Assembly (NCBI GenBank): GCA_013265495.1
Contig: MU058001.1
Span: 12,763 to 76,762, forward strand
Origin: Vicugna vicugna
Lineage: Eukaryota
DNA length: 64,000 bases
Direction: 5' to 3'
Shown piece after piece: positions 26,826 to 39,219 of this stretch. The position numbers and the translations under genes were made by a program. Position 1 is the stretch's first letter. Every line of letters begins with the position of its first letter. The notes beneath the pieces were generated by a model, which saw only the letters and a program-made list of their open reading frames with translations, was not told where the DNA came from and ran no database searches.

Positions 26826-27600
26826 AATCCCTGAGCACAGAATATCTTTATTTATTTTCTTTACTTATATTTCTTACACCTTTAATTTATAGACCTATGT
26901 TTAGATCTTTTGTTTCACTTATCAAATCTATTCCTATTTTATTCTTTTTGGCATAAATGTACACAAAATTGTTTTTCTAATTTCTCTTTCTGATAATGCG
27001 TTTTTACTATATAAAAATGCAACGGATATTTGTATATTGATTTTGTATTCTGGAAGTTTACTAAGTTTGTTTATTATTTCTAACAGTCACTGGAGGAGTG
27101 TATGTAGTTTTCCATCTATGTATAATTATGTTGTCTGTAAAAATTTTACTGCTTGTTTACAAGTTGAATGCCTTTTATATTTTTTCTTGACTAGTTGTTC
27201 TGGTTAGAAATTCTAGTAGTGCAATTTTGGAGTTGTGAAAATGAGCTATTTTTTCTTATTATTGGACTAGAGGAAATCCTTCCTGTATGTTAACATTGAA
27301 CTTGATGTTAGTCATGTGTTTTTCAAATATGGCTTTTGTTATGTTTAGTTACATTCTAGCTAAAGTGAATTTGTTAAGATTACTTTTACCGAAAACTTAA
27401 GTGCAGATCTGTCAATAAATTTCCTACGTATTTTGAGATTGTTATTTTTGAATTCTGTGTTTTTTAAGGGATGGTATCACATATATTCATTTGTGTATGT
27501 TAAATAATATTTATGAAACAGGACTAAAACCCTCTTAACTATAGTTTATAATACTTATTATATGCAATGAATTCAGGTTGGTAATGCTTATTTAGAATGA
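26826..27600 (-). mobile_element. L1 ORF2 fragment, antisense
   Basis: CAATCCCTGAGCACAGAATATC and TTGTATATTGATTTTGTATTCTG are antisense ORF2 motifs. Confidence 0.8.
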
Positions 27601-27924
27601 AATATACACATACTGAAGGAACAATTTACATTGTAGTTTTAGTGTACATTTATTTATTTAAAAATTTTATCTCTCATTTTGAATTTGGCTTATGTTTAAG
27701 GGAATTTATTTCTTAATAAATAATATAACTTTTTGTTGAACTGGATTTACTACAGTTTACTGACAAAGAACATAGCTATTATTTACAATTAGTGAACAAA
27801 ACACTTGCCTTAAAATGCCGTATTTTACTAACAATGCCAACTGTTTCAGCACTGAGAAACATATTGCTTCCTAAAATGCATTACCTGGTCTTTTCCACAC
27901 TCACCCACATATTCAGTTATTTCT

Positions 27925-27999
27925 TATCTTTGTATTTGTTTATTTGTTTGCCCCTTAATGGAGGCACTGCTTATTGAACCCAGGATCTTGTGCATAAGT
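27925..27999 (-). mobile_element. 5'-truncated tRNA-derived SINE remnant (resembles camelid vic-1 type)
   Basis: Reverse complement reads ATGCACAAGATCCTGGGTTCAATAAGCAGTGCCTCCATTAAGGGG plus an A-rich tail, with a B-box-like GGTTCAAT. Paralog at ~62945-63012. Family call is from memory. Confidence 0.6.
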
Positions 28000-28732
28000 G
28001 TATTTATCAACATCATTTTGGAACATTTGACAGAAGCCACAAGAGTATGGATTATAAAGATGACAAGAAGATGTATTCCTTCTAGGGACTGAAAACCTCT
28101 GAGTGAAAGAATGGCAAAAATAAACTTTTTTAAGTATAATATAAGATATTCTCTTGTGAAATTTTAAAGTTGAATATTAAATTACATTTGTTTTACTTAT
28201 AGCACTGAAATAAAATTTAAAACAAAAATTCCTCACTTTGGGATATCTTAAATTTGATTCATTATTTTAATTTAATTTTATTTCATAAATATTTACCATT
28301 TATTTATAAACATATCAAATAAACTGATATTTATTCTGCTCATGTTTTGAATATAGAGCTTCTTATTGTAAAGTACACAGATAAATATTTACTTCAATTT
28401 CCAAATCAAAATAAGTTTCACTTTAATTACAAAGGATTATGAAATAGTTATACATTTCCTGTACAGGTTTTACACAAATTTCATTTCAAATTCCAAAACT
28501 TAAAAATTATTTTATATATTTTTTGCACTATTAATTCTCTCTTCACCAATCCGGCATAAATTTTTGTACAAAAGAATGGAGATTTATTTTATATCATAGT
28601 CCCCAAAATTAAATTATTTAAAAAGATTTTGTGGGATAAAATTTGCAGATCACAGTATAAAAATAAGCATCCTATATGTTTCATTTTAATTGGATGAATG
28701 AGAATTAAACACTGGCTGAATGTTACTTTTGA

Positions 28733-28767
28733 GTTGCTAGGAGACCAGTCGTTTTGTGATGTCACAA
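28733..28767 (+). promoter_or_regulatory. Putative HSFY proximal promoter: RFX X-box (GTTGCTAGGAGAC, 28733-28745) and CRE-like TGATGTCA (28757-28764)
   Basis: X-box fits RYYNYY-N-RRNRAC; the CRE-like site is one mismatch from TGACGTCA; both lie 130-165 bp upstream of the ATG. Confidence 0.55.
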
Positions 28768-28896
28768 CTACTCAACTTGACAACCATTGTGATGGCCTAG
28801 CTGTTTATCTCTGCAGGCCTGTCAAAGCAGCATTTGAAGCTACAGTGCTCAAAATCATGTAGATTAGAAAGTTAGCTGTAGAAAAAGTTATTTGAG

Positions 28897-29409
28897 ATGG
28901 TACATGTTTCTTCAGAAATTCAAGATGTGTCTCCTAATGATAGACCAACAGGTTCAGGAATGTCTAGTACATCTCTATTGTATGATCAAATATTCTCTGG
29001 GGACTTAGAATTGAGGTCTTTGATTAAAGAAAATGTTTTTCAGACTTTCTCTGTAGAATCCTGGATAAAAAGACCATGTTGCACACATTGTGTCTCTGAA
29101 CCAGATAAAGATAATTATTTTCATTCTCTGACATTTCCAAGAAAACTCTGGAAAATGGCTGGGAGTGATCAATTTAAATCCATGTGGTGGGATGAGAATG
29201 GAACTTCCATAGTGATTGATGAAGATGTCTTTAACAAGGAGGTTTTGGAAAGAAAGACCCCTTTCAGAATATTTGAAACTGGAAGTATGAAAAGTTTAGT
29301 TAGACATCTTTACCTTTATGGATTTAGTAAAGTGTGGCAGAATTTTCAAAGATCTGCTTGTCTAGCTGACTTTCTGGGAGAAGAAAAAGAAATCTATTTT
29401 TTAAGCAAG
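28897..29409 (+). CDS. HSFY: HSFY exon 1, open for 171 codons (185 aa ORF to 29454 if the intron is read through); expression unproven
   Basis: ORF track 28897..29454. Homology to HSFY ends at LSK, exactly at the GT donor. Confidence 0.6.
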
Positions 29410-30572
29410 GTATTCAGAAATTTTAGTTACGACTTGGTAACTTATATATATTAAATTTTATTTTCTACATCAATCTATGGTAATATAAATATAAAGCAAG
29501 ATTTTGAATATTGTATAAAACTACTAATGCTAAAATCCTTTATTTTCTCTAGAAATGAAGACAGTGCCTTCTGTAGTCAAGATCATGAGAATCTTTGCTA
29601 GCAACTATGAATCTTACCAGAAATCTAAAGAAAGGTATTAAAGCTGCTTTTAAAAAGTGGCATTCACCATCACTGCAAATGCTAAATTTTTAATTTGATG
29701 ACTATACTATTTAAATGTGTATTTTCCAAAAAAGGAACTTCAAAATATAGTCAGCAATGTTCATATTTTGATGATATTATCTTTGCATAGTAAACGTGAA
29801 ATCTGAGGTTTTATAGGTTAGGCTTATTGTATTCTTGCATTTTGATTTAAAATATTACAAAAATCTTTCCCCTTTGGTTGTAGCAGCAGTTCTATCAGAA
29901 TCCAAATTTTAAATGAGGCTCTCCCCAGCTTTTAGTGAGAATAAAAAGAGTTGGGACTAAACATGCCTCTCTGATATCTTCATTGGCTGAAGATTTCAAG
30001 AAGAAGCACTTTAAAGCTGTGTGTAATGTGGATAATCATAATTCTGGTTTTGTGGCTGACAGTGGCTGACAGGAGAAAGTGCATTTTTACCTTCTGCAAA
30101 TTTAAACATGCCTCTAATAAGAAAGCCCTCTACTAGCCACATAATTGGTGATACAAATACCCTGATCAGAGGTAATTTTTCTCCTCCATCATCAATGTCA
30201 CTTTGACCACCAGAAAAAATTCCAGTGGATCAACGTGCTGTTTTAAATCACTTGACCACTGTCCACGGGCACTCTCAAAGCTGCTGAAGCAAATCGCCGT
30301 GTTGTGAACTTCATTACAACTAAAACTTCTACTTCTCAGTACAGCACCTGTCTCGCATACAGAGCAATTATTTTGGACTGATGGTGGAGACTTCTACTTT
30401 TCCAAAAAGATATCACAACATATCTTCCAATGAAGGTCGTTTATCTAAACTTCAACCAGGGATCAACCCACGGTTTTCAGTGCCAGTGATAGCTGATTCA
30501 TCAGCTAACACTGTTTGAAGGCCAACTCATCAGCCATGTTCAGTTAATGAAAGTCATCCTAATTACAACTGA
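28897..30572 (+). pseudogene. HSFY: HSFY two-exon unprocessed pseudogene (exon 1 CDS 28897-29409, intron 29410-29883, exon 2 29884-30572)
   Basis: Translation MVHVSSEIQDVSP...FPRKLWK...WDENGTSIVI...LYGFSK matches the HSFY N-terminus and HSF-type DNA-binding domain. Donor AAG|GTATTC at 29409/29410, acceptor TTGTAG| at 29883. Exon 2 reads QQFYQNPNFK*GSPQLLVRIKR and ends HPNYN* at 30570-30572, as in human HSFY. Stops at 29914, 30204 and 30516; frameshifts at ~30062, ~30285 and ~30347. Confidence 0.93.
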
Positions 30573-30665
30573 TCTACCAGAGGACTACCAGATTATGCAG
30601 GATAACAAAGATTAAAATTGATGTTGGCAAATGTTGACAAATACCAGAAATTTTCTTATTTGAAC

Positions 30666-30671
30666 AATAAA
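30666..30671 (+). terminator. Candidate HSFY polyadenylation signal AATAAA (alternative ATTAAA at 30611-30616)
   Basis: Lies 94 bp after the ancestral stop codon, followed by T/GT-rich sequence. Confidence 0.5.
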
Positions 30672-33526
30672 CATAGATGTGTACCTGTATTTTCCTTATT
30701 TTTTTAAATAGAGTTGAGTTAAATGGGAGACTATGTTACCATTTATAGAAAAAAAGAGATATTTGATTGATATGATCATTTGATGGAAAAATATGGGAGT
30801 GAATTTAAGTAATATCTTTTAAGGGAGAAGAGAAAATGGAAGAGTTTGGAAAAAGACTAAAACATGGAGAGAGGGAAAAGTATTAAGTGGTTTCTGGTTC
30901 ATCCTGGAAAGTATTAAAAGTGTTAAGTTAGGATAGTTTGGAACAGGAGATAAATGCAGGAACCGGCCCAGGGATCATGGTCTCTATTATGTCATCCCTG
31001 GAATCATAAAGGTCACATGATGTAGTCTCAGATGGCACATTCAGCATGTGGTAGAATTTAAGAAGTAATTTTATCTATGGTCTTCTTTGTGCTGTTCGCT
31101 AAGCATTCCAATTGGTGCTTTCATTTCCTGCCCTCAAGAGTCTACACTATATTTTCTAGTCAATAGTTTATGTTGTATTTATGTTCCAGCCAAAGACAAG
31201 CTTACGTTCTCAGTGTGGCACTTAATGCCTCTCCAACTCTAAGCCCACAACCTCAACTTAGTTTTGTCATTTCTTTATAAATCTGACATCTGACTACCTT
31301 GGCATATCTTTATGTTTCACTGTAACTGGAGATACATCCAGGGAAATGCTTGTCAACTATGTTAGCTTTAACCTCACCACTTTTGCTCCCGCTCATCCTT
31401 GGACTTTGGGTGTCCTCCTTTTACAAACTTACACTTTCCCAGTCTCAGCACAGAAACCAACTCCAGCAGATGTTTTCTGACTATCCCCCTTTCCTTGTCT
31501 AACTTGGCTATCAGCACAGTAAACACAGCACATGCCACAGGATGCATTTTAGTATTTAGAGAATGAAAAAAAATGTTGACTTTAAGCAAAATCTACTTTC
31601 CTGAAACAACAAAACTTTCATGGTTTTCAAACTATTCCGTTATGGTATTTACTCTTCACCAAAAACTAGCTCTTTTCATAGCCCAAGTACTAGTCACTCA
31701 AGAGAGTAATTGGAGGTAGGTACAGGAGACAAAGTATTATTCTCTTTTTAATTCATGCCTTCAGTGGCCTAAATCATTCCATTCCCAGTTGTCGGATTTT
31801 TTCTTGTCTCTTCATCACCCACCCACCCCAAGATATCTGATACTCTTCCCCATATCAATAACTATACTGACTTCTAATAAATTTACTTCTTAGAATCAGA
31901 ACTTTGTCCAGAAGAGACAGTGCCATTGCAAACACTTAATTTAGGTTTATACACCCACATAACTTGTGCCCTTTCTAACCTTCACACAGGCAGTATCTAT
32001 GAGATACCATGCCCTTGGTTTGGGTGGTCATATTCAGTAACCAAGTAGCAATTTAAAACGTGTGGACTAGATGGAGGTGAGGGTGGGTGAATTAAAAATT
32101 TTTCCAACTGCAAGAATACCAAATATCTGCAGATGTTAAAAAATATACAATATTCATGGAAGACTTTGACTGTTTCCCATTTATTTAAAACAAATTGTGA
32201 AGCATTTTCAGAATGTGAAATGCCCTGAAATCCTGGAAAAATTGTAGGCAAGGTCAGGGAGCCTAAGGCTTCTTGCTCACAATCATGCAGCCAGTGTCAG
32301 CTGATAAGGCTGAAATGGCAACATTGAGTCCGGAAAATATGTCACCAGTTGTGAAGGAAGCCTGTGATAATCTGGGGAAAGGGCAAATAGGCCAGGGTAA
32401 GCTCTAGCAATATCCCACCAATATGACCTTTACCAACATAAGAAAAGACCCCAATTGCATCAGGAGAACAGTGTCTGGTCAGCAGTGGTTGTTCCTACAA
32501 CAGAAACATCAATCTTTAAGTATGTCAGCTCAACTCTGATGGTGGCTATGCTTTTGCTTTCTTTAGCAGTCTGGGGTAGAGATGGGCTGGTTCAGCAGCT
32601 AGTTTCCAACTCCCTTATCAGACAGTAGGTCTTACCATGATCATAAGAAGTTTCAAAACTGATATGTCAAAAGCTACAGTTTACTTTCAAAATTAGAAAT
32701 CCTAAAGAAGAATATTGTTTGTCCATCTGTAGTTTTCTACCTGGGAAAATCTAGACTATTGGCAAAAGTACAAAAGTTGGCTGGTGCTTTGAAAACTATT
32801 CTCTGAGCTCTGACCACTGAATTCTTCCCACTAAATACTACAAATCTGTCTGCCACTGTGTGTGTGTGTGAAGATGGATTGTTAAGCAGTAACTAAGTTT
32901 GTCTTAGTTGGGTCATCAGTGAATTATTCCTCTGCATCTGGCAGAATCTCTATGAATTAAAAATTTCATTGAGCCACCAGATTTTCTTCTGATCAGGGAG
33001 AAGTAGATTATATTTCTCACAGTATACTAATTGTTACCTGTTCATTGAATACCAAGCGGATGCAGGGGCCAAGCCACTGAACCCTTGAATTGGACTGAGG
33101 CATATACATTCTCCAGTCCCCAGAGCACAGCACAGGACTGTGTCTCCTTTTAAATTTATGCTTATGTCTATTTTTTTCTTTTAATTCTCATTGTTGACAC
33201 AACTTATTTTGGCTTTGAACACCCTTTGACTTATTGAAAGAGACTTAACCACTGACTTATTCCCATTCATCAAGAAATTTCAATAAACTTTCTTTCCTAG
33301 GACAACGTGAAATAGAGTGAGCACAGTCATCATTTTGAAAGCAGTCCTCAGTGCTAATAATGCAGAACCATTACAGTTCTTTGCACAGCACTTGAGCAAG
33401 AATTTTTGTTGTGGATCTCAGGGATTATCCTCACACCCCCTAATGCAACCATGAGAAAACACCACATTGTTATCCAAAATCAAGTCTTTGTCAGTATTGC
33501 ATTCCCATTTCAAAACAGTTAAGAAT

Positions 33527-33920
33527 TGTAGGAGTTCTGAGATTTTACCATGCTGAGGTTTTTAGCAACCTAACATGTTCATTTCTTAAGGATGCTGTCC
33601 GGGAGATGAGACCATGGGTCAGAGACAGTGAACTTTATCACTCACAGCAAGTGCAGCCAGGGTTAAATTTCTATCCATTCCCTAATCTCAGATGAATACA
33701 CAGAGTGAAATTTTGTTCCCTACAGAAGCAGTGGGCTGTTAACATGAAGAAAGTTTAAGGCATGATAAAACACTAATTTTATTAGTATCTTTATGTATAA
33801 TTTACTAGAATCACCTATTTATTAGTATCTTTACCTTGGATAAGTATATCATGACTCAAGTTTGCTTTCTGCAAAAACAATCATGAGAAATGACATGGGA
33901 AAAAATGACCATTGCCTTTC
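33527..33920. mobile_element. Ancient eutherian LTR remnant (ERVL/MER-type, family uncertain)
   Basis: Begins TGTAGGAGTTCTGAGATTTTACC and contains GGGTCAGAGACAGTGAACTTTATCACTCACAGCAA, recalled as MER76-like; not verified. Confidence 0.45.
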
Positions 33921-33924
33921 CATT

Positions 33925-36900
33925 TTTTCTTCCACTTTCATTGAGATATAATTGGCATAAAACATTGTGCAAATTTAGGGGCACAGGATAGTGATTTGAT
34001 TTACAAGTATCATGAAATAAATATCATAGCAACTTTAGGGATAATTCATTATATCATTTAGATACAATTTTAAAGAAATACAATTTGTCTTTTGGTTGTG
34101 ATGAGAAACCTTATNNNNNNNNNNNNNNNNNNNNNNNNNNNNNNNNNNNNNNNNNNNNNNNNNNNNNNNNNNNNNNNNNNNNNNNNNNNNNNNNNNNNNN
34201 NNNNNNNNNNNNNNNNNNNNNNNNNNNNNNNNNNNNNNNNNNNNNNNNNNNNNNNNNNNNNNNNNNNNNNNNNNNNNNNNNNNNNNNNNNNNNNNNNNNN
34301 NNATCAAATTCTCCCAACCCATGCCTCTGTTAACTACAAATCTATGTTTTTTTCTATAAGAATGTTTGTTTGTTTTTGAAGTGTACTTTAATCTATAACA
34401 GTGTGTTAGTATCTCTTACACAACACACTGTTTGCTATTTTTAATACATTTCAATCTGATCACCAGAATATATCTAGTTATGATATGTTGCTATTTAAAG
34501 ATATTTGAAAGTTAATAACTATTCCCCATACAGAACATTTCTTCTCCATGACTCATTTAATTTGCAACTAGAAAATTTTCTCTCTTAATTTTCCTCAACT
34601 TTTTATTTTCCTCACCTCATTTCCCTCCTTCTTGTGAACAACCTGTTACTTTCTATATCTATAACTCCTTTTCTGTGTTGTTATGTTCATTTTTCTAAAA
34701 TTCCAAATTTGAGTAAAATCATTCAGCATTAGTCATTCACTTTCTGAAATATTTCACTTAGCATATTACCCTCTTTTTCTACCCATTTGTTGCAAATGAC
34801 ATGAACTTATTCTTTTCAGAGCTAATAACCCATTGTATTTTTATGTGTGTGTGTGCATATATCTATCTATCTATATATATACACATAATGCATATATATA
34901 TAGTGTGTGTATATATATATAAATATTGATAAATCTGTAGTTAAGATGGGTAGATATATATACTATAAACACACATCTTCTTTATCCATCATCAATTGAT
35001 GGGCAATTAATTTGTTCTTTATCCTGTCTATTGTGAATAATGCTGCAGTGAATATAGGGGTGAATTTATCTTTTCTAATTAGTGTTTTTATTTTCTTGGA
35101 ATAAGTATCCACATATGGAAATGTTGGATTATATATCATTTTTAATTTTTAGATTATGTTGCATGTTGTTTTCCACTGTTGCAGCACATATTTGCATTCA
35201 CTCCAGCAGTGCATCAGGGTTGTTTTTCTTACATCCTCACCAACACTTATGTTTGTTATCTGTTTAATAATAGTCATTCTGACAGGAGTGACATAAAATC
35301 TCATTGTGTTTTGGTCTTGCATTTTTCTGATGGTTAGTGATCTTGATCGGTTTCATGTGCCTTTTGGTTACCTTTCCTCCACTGTATATTCATTTTTTTA
35401 ATGGGCTAAATGACCATAACTGTCTGATTTCATTTTCAGGCATTCTTTGTGTTCCATTATTTTGTTTGTTCTGTGCCACTACCATATTCTTTTTATTACC
35501 GTAGCTTTGTATTATAGTTTAAAATCAGGGACAGTGATAAATCCTCTTTGTTCTTTGTCAAAGTTGTTTGTGTTTTTAGTTTGTTTTGTTTCCTTCTTTT
35601 TTTTTTAAGTGAGTTCATCTCTTTTGTGTTTACATGTAAATATTATAATTATTTGTTGTAAGTGACTGAAAATGCCCTTGGTATTTTGATAGGCACTGAA
35701 TTTAATTTGTGTATTTTCTTGACTAATACTGTCATTTAAACAATATTTTTTTCCTCATCTACGTACACAGAATACCCTTTCATTTATTTGCATTATCTTC
35801 AATTTCTGTTATAAATATTTTATAGCTTTCTGAGTACAGGTGTTTTACCTCCTTTGTTGGATACATTTCTTGATTTTTTTTTTGTATTGCAACTGTAAAT
35901 GAGACAGTTCTCTCACTTTCTGTATCTGTTAGCTTTATGTTAGTGTGTAGAAATGCAAGATTTCTTAATGTTTATTTGAAATTCTGAAATTTTATGAAAT
36001 GCACTGATAAGCCCTTGTAGGATTGTGGCACCATTTTTAGGATTTCTGTTTAAAGTATGTCATCTGCAGATTCTTTTACTCCTTTTCTGAAATAGCTATA
36101 TTTTATTTACTTGTGCTTTGGATAGCTATGGCTAGAATTTCCAATACTATACTGAATAAAAGTGGTAAGAGTGAGCATTCTTGTCTTCTTCCTGCTCTTA
36201 TTGGATAAGCTTTCAGCTTTTAATCAGTGAGTGTTATGTTAGCTGAGTTCTTGTCATTTATGACCTTAACTGTGTTGAGGTATGTTTACTCATGCCCACT
36301 TTGAGGACAAATACTTTCATAAATAGATACTGAATTTGTCAAAATATTTTATGACTCTATTGAGGTGACGATATAATTTTTATTCTTCAGGTTGTTAGTG
36401 TGGTGTATCATACTGATTAATTTGTGGGTATTGAATCACTTTTGCATCCCTAAAAATAAAATGGACTTTATCAGAACGTACAATACTCTTAAAGTATTGT
36501 TTGATTTGCTAACAATTTAGTGATGATTTTTGCATCTATGCTTATCAGTAGTATTAAACCTGTAATTTTTTGAGGTATTTGTTCCAGTTTTAGTAGTAGT
36601 GTCATACAGAAATTTGGGGTAGGAAGCCTTCCTCCCTCTGCAAACTTTTGGAATTCTCTGAGAAGTATAGGTGATAGCTCTTCTCTAAATGTTTGGCCAA
36701 AATCACCTGTGAAGCTGTCTAGGCCTGGGATTTTGTTTCTTGGGAGAATTTGTTTAATTACTTATTCAATTACATTAGTGATAATCTGTCCATATTTTTT
36801 TCTCATTCCATTCTGGAGATTAGGTCTTTCTAAGAAATTGCCCATTTCTTCTAGGGTTTCCATTTTATTGGCATATAATTTTTTGTATCATCTTATGATG

Positions 36901-37365
36901 CTTTGCATTTCTTTGATATAAGCTCTAACTTCTCATTTATTTCTGAGCTTATTAATCTGTACTCTCTTTTTTGCTCATGAATCTGGTTAAAGTTTATCAA
37001 TTTTATTTATCTTTCAAAAGCCATTATTTAGTTTGATTAAATGTTTCTGTTTTTAATCTTTATTTTATTTAATTATGTTCTGTCCTTTCAGCTGTCTTTC
37101 CTTCTCCTAACAAGTTTGTTTATTATTTTGCTACAACTTTTGGTTGTAAGCATATGTTATAAGAGAGAGATGTTTTTTATTTATATAAGTGGGACTAGTT
37201 TGCTATAAGCATCCCTATTAATACTGCTTTTATTACACCCCATGGATTTTGTTTTTGTTCTCATATATCTTTATATATATTTTTTTGATTTATATAACAA
37301 TCCATATGTTGTTAATATTGTATGATTAATCCTCCACACTTTAGTATTTTTCTCAGGTTTTTTCA
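33925..37365 (-). mobile_element. Old L1 (L1MA-like 3' end), antisense; paralog of 110-2555 including its 3' terminus
   Basis: TTGAGATATAATTGGCATAAAACATTGTG 3'-end motif; continues across the N gap. Confidence 0.85.
34115..34302. other. Assembly gap (188 N)
   Basis: N run. Confidence 1.
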
Positions 37366-37369
37366 TTTT

Positions 37370-38965
37370 GTAAATTTCTATTCTCACAGAATCCATAAGT
37401 TTCTTCACAAAACAAGGAGAAAATTAACAAAATTTATACAAACATCTGAAAGTCCAAAATTTTCTAAAATTATTTTGAAAAATGAACAAAGCTGTGGATA
37501 TTACCCTCCCTGACTTTATAACATACTACAAAGCTACAGTAATCTATACATAAAAATATGGCTCTTAAAGAAACACATAGATCAATGGAACAAAATAAAT
37601 TGTCCAAAAATAAACCCACCAAAAATAACACACATATCGTCAATTAGTCTACAATGAAGGAAGCAAGAGTATACAATGGGAAAAAGGCAGTCTCTTCAAC
37701 AAGTAGTTCTGAGAAAACTGGACAGTACTTGCAAAAGGAAGATGTAAGAGCACTTCTTTCCACAGTATACAACATAAGGCAAAAATGGATAAATTTCCTA
37801 AATATAGACCCCAAAATTATACAATTTCTGACCAAGAACAGGAGCAGAAATGATTTTGAGATAAATCATAGCAATGTTTATCTTTGATCTGTCTCCAAAT
37901 TAAAATAAAAAGGAAAACTAAAAATTACATTTTTTAGTTTACTGACGAAAAAATAGATTTACTATGCAATACTGGGGTTCTACTTCTTGTATAATTGTGA
38001 AGTGCAAAACCTTTTCCAGAGCAAAAGAAAACTTCAACAAGACATATGATAACAGACAGAATAGAAGGTAAAATTTCAGACAATGAGAACAACAAGATGT
38101 TAATATCCTTAAAAAATATATAGCATATTAGGCTCAATATTTAAAAAACAAGGACCCCAACTTAAAATCAGTTCAAGGATTTTCATGGAAACTTTTCAGA
38201 AACAGACATGTGGATGACTTTCATGCACATAAAAAGAAAGTTAACGTTGCTATTCATTAGGAAAACATAAATCAAAACCAGAATGAAATATAATCTCACA
38301 GCAACCAAAATTGCTATTAACAAAATTTCTACAAATGATAAACATTAATAAGAATGTCGATAAGAAGGAACCCAGTTACAGTGTTGGTGGAAATATAAAT
38401 TGATGCATCCACTATTATAAAAGTGTGGACAGTGCTCAGAAAACAAGAAATAGAAGCATTATATGTTGCAGCAATTCCAGTTTTTGGTATAAATCTGAAA
38501 AAAAAAAGTAAACATTAACTTAAAGGATATATTACCCCCAATGATCTTAACATCATCATTTATAGTAGAAAAGGATTGAAGCACAACTTAACTGCCCATC
38601 AACAGATGATTGGCTGAAGCAGATGTGAGATATAGATAACATAATAAATACATCATTGTCATATTAAAAAATAAAATTCTGCCATTTGGAACAATGTGAC
38701 TGGACCCAGAGGGTGTTGCACATAGGAGAATAAGTCATACGGAGAAAAACACTCTACATTGTCACTTAAATGAGGAAAATAAAGATATAAGAGAAATAAT
38801 CATAAAAAAACAGAAACAGAATCCCATATATATGTGTAGTGTACAAAGTAGTGGTTTCTTGTGGGGACAGGGAATAAGGATGAAGAAGACAGAAATGTGC
38901 AAGCTACTAGTAATAAATTAGAGAACCAATAGGGCTATATTTACAGCACAGAGAAATATTTTAAT
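37370..38965 (+). mobile_element. 5'-truncated L1, sense (paralog of 2560-4140)
   Basis: Direct alignment with copy A. Confidence 0.88.
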
Positions 38966-39219
38966 AATTTAATTGATTTTAAAGAGATTATAGGCATGTA
39001 TTATAGTAAAATGTATATGTAGGTGGGAAAAACATTGAAGAAAAAACCCAGGAAAACCAAAATATTTTGTAGTACTATGACATTAAGGAAGGTGAGTTGT
39101 TCACTTTCTTTAGTGTTCTTATAATGTCCTTAATAGAATTTAAGCTTTTAATTGAAAAAGTATATACTTTAAAAGTGACATAAGTTTAAACTATTTCTGT
39201 CCCTCCCCTTACATCTACT

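Larger units (their letters stand above)
1..34840 (+). repeat. Copy A of ~35 kb direct tandem segmental duplication (HSFY amplicon unit; phase set by window edge)
   Basis: Colinear anchors recur ~35 kb later: GATAAATCTGTAGTTA at ~113 and ~34928; L1 5' end at 10459 and 45248; LTR at 20168 and 55138; HSFY ATG at 28897 and 63906. Confidence 0.97.

Noticed and set aside
34035..34379. ORFs spanning poly-X
   Set aside because: Artefacts of the N gap.
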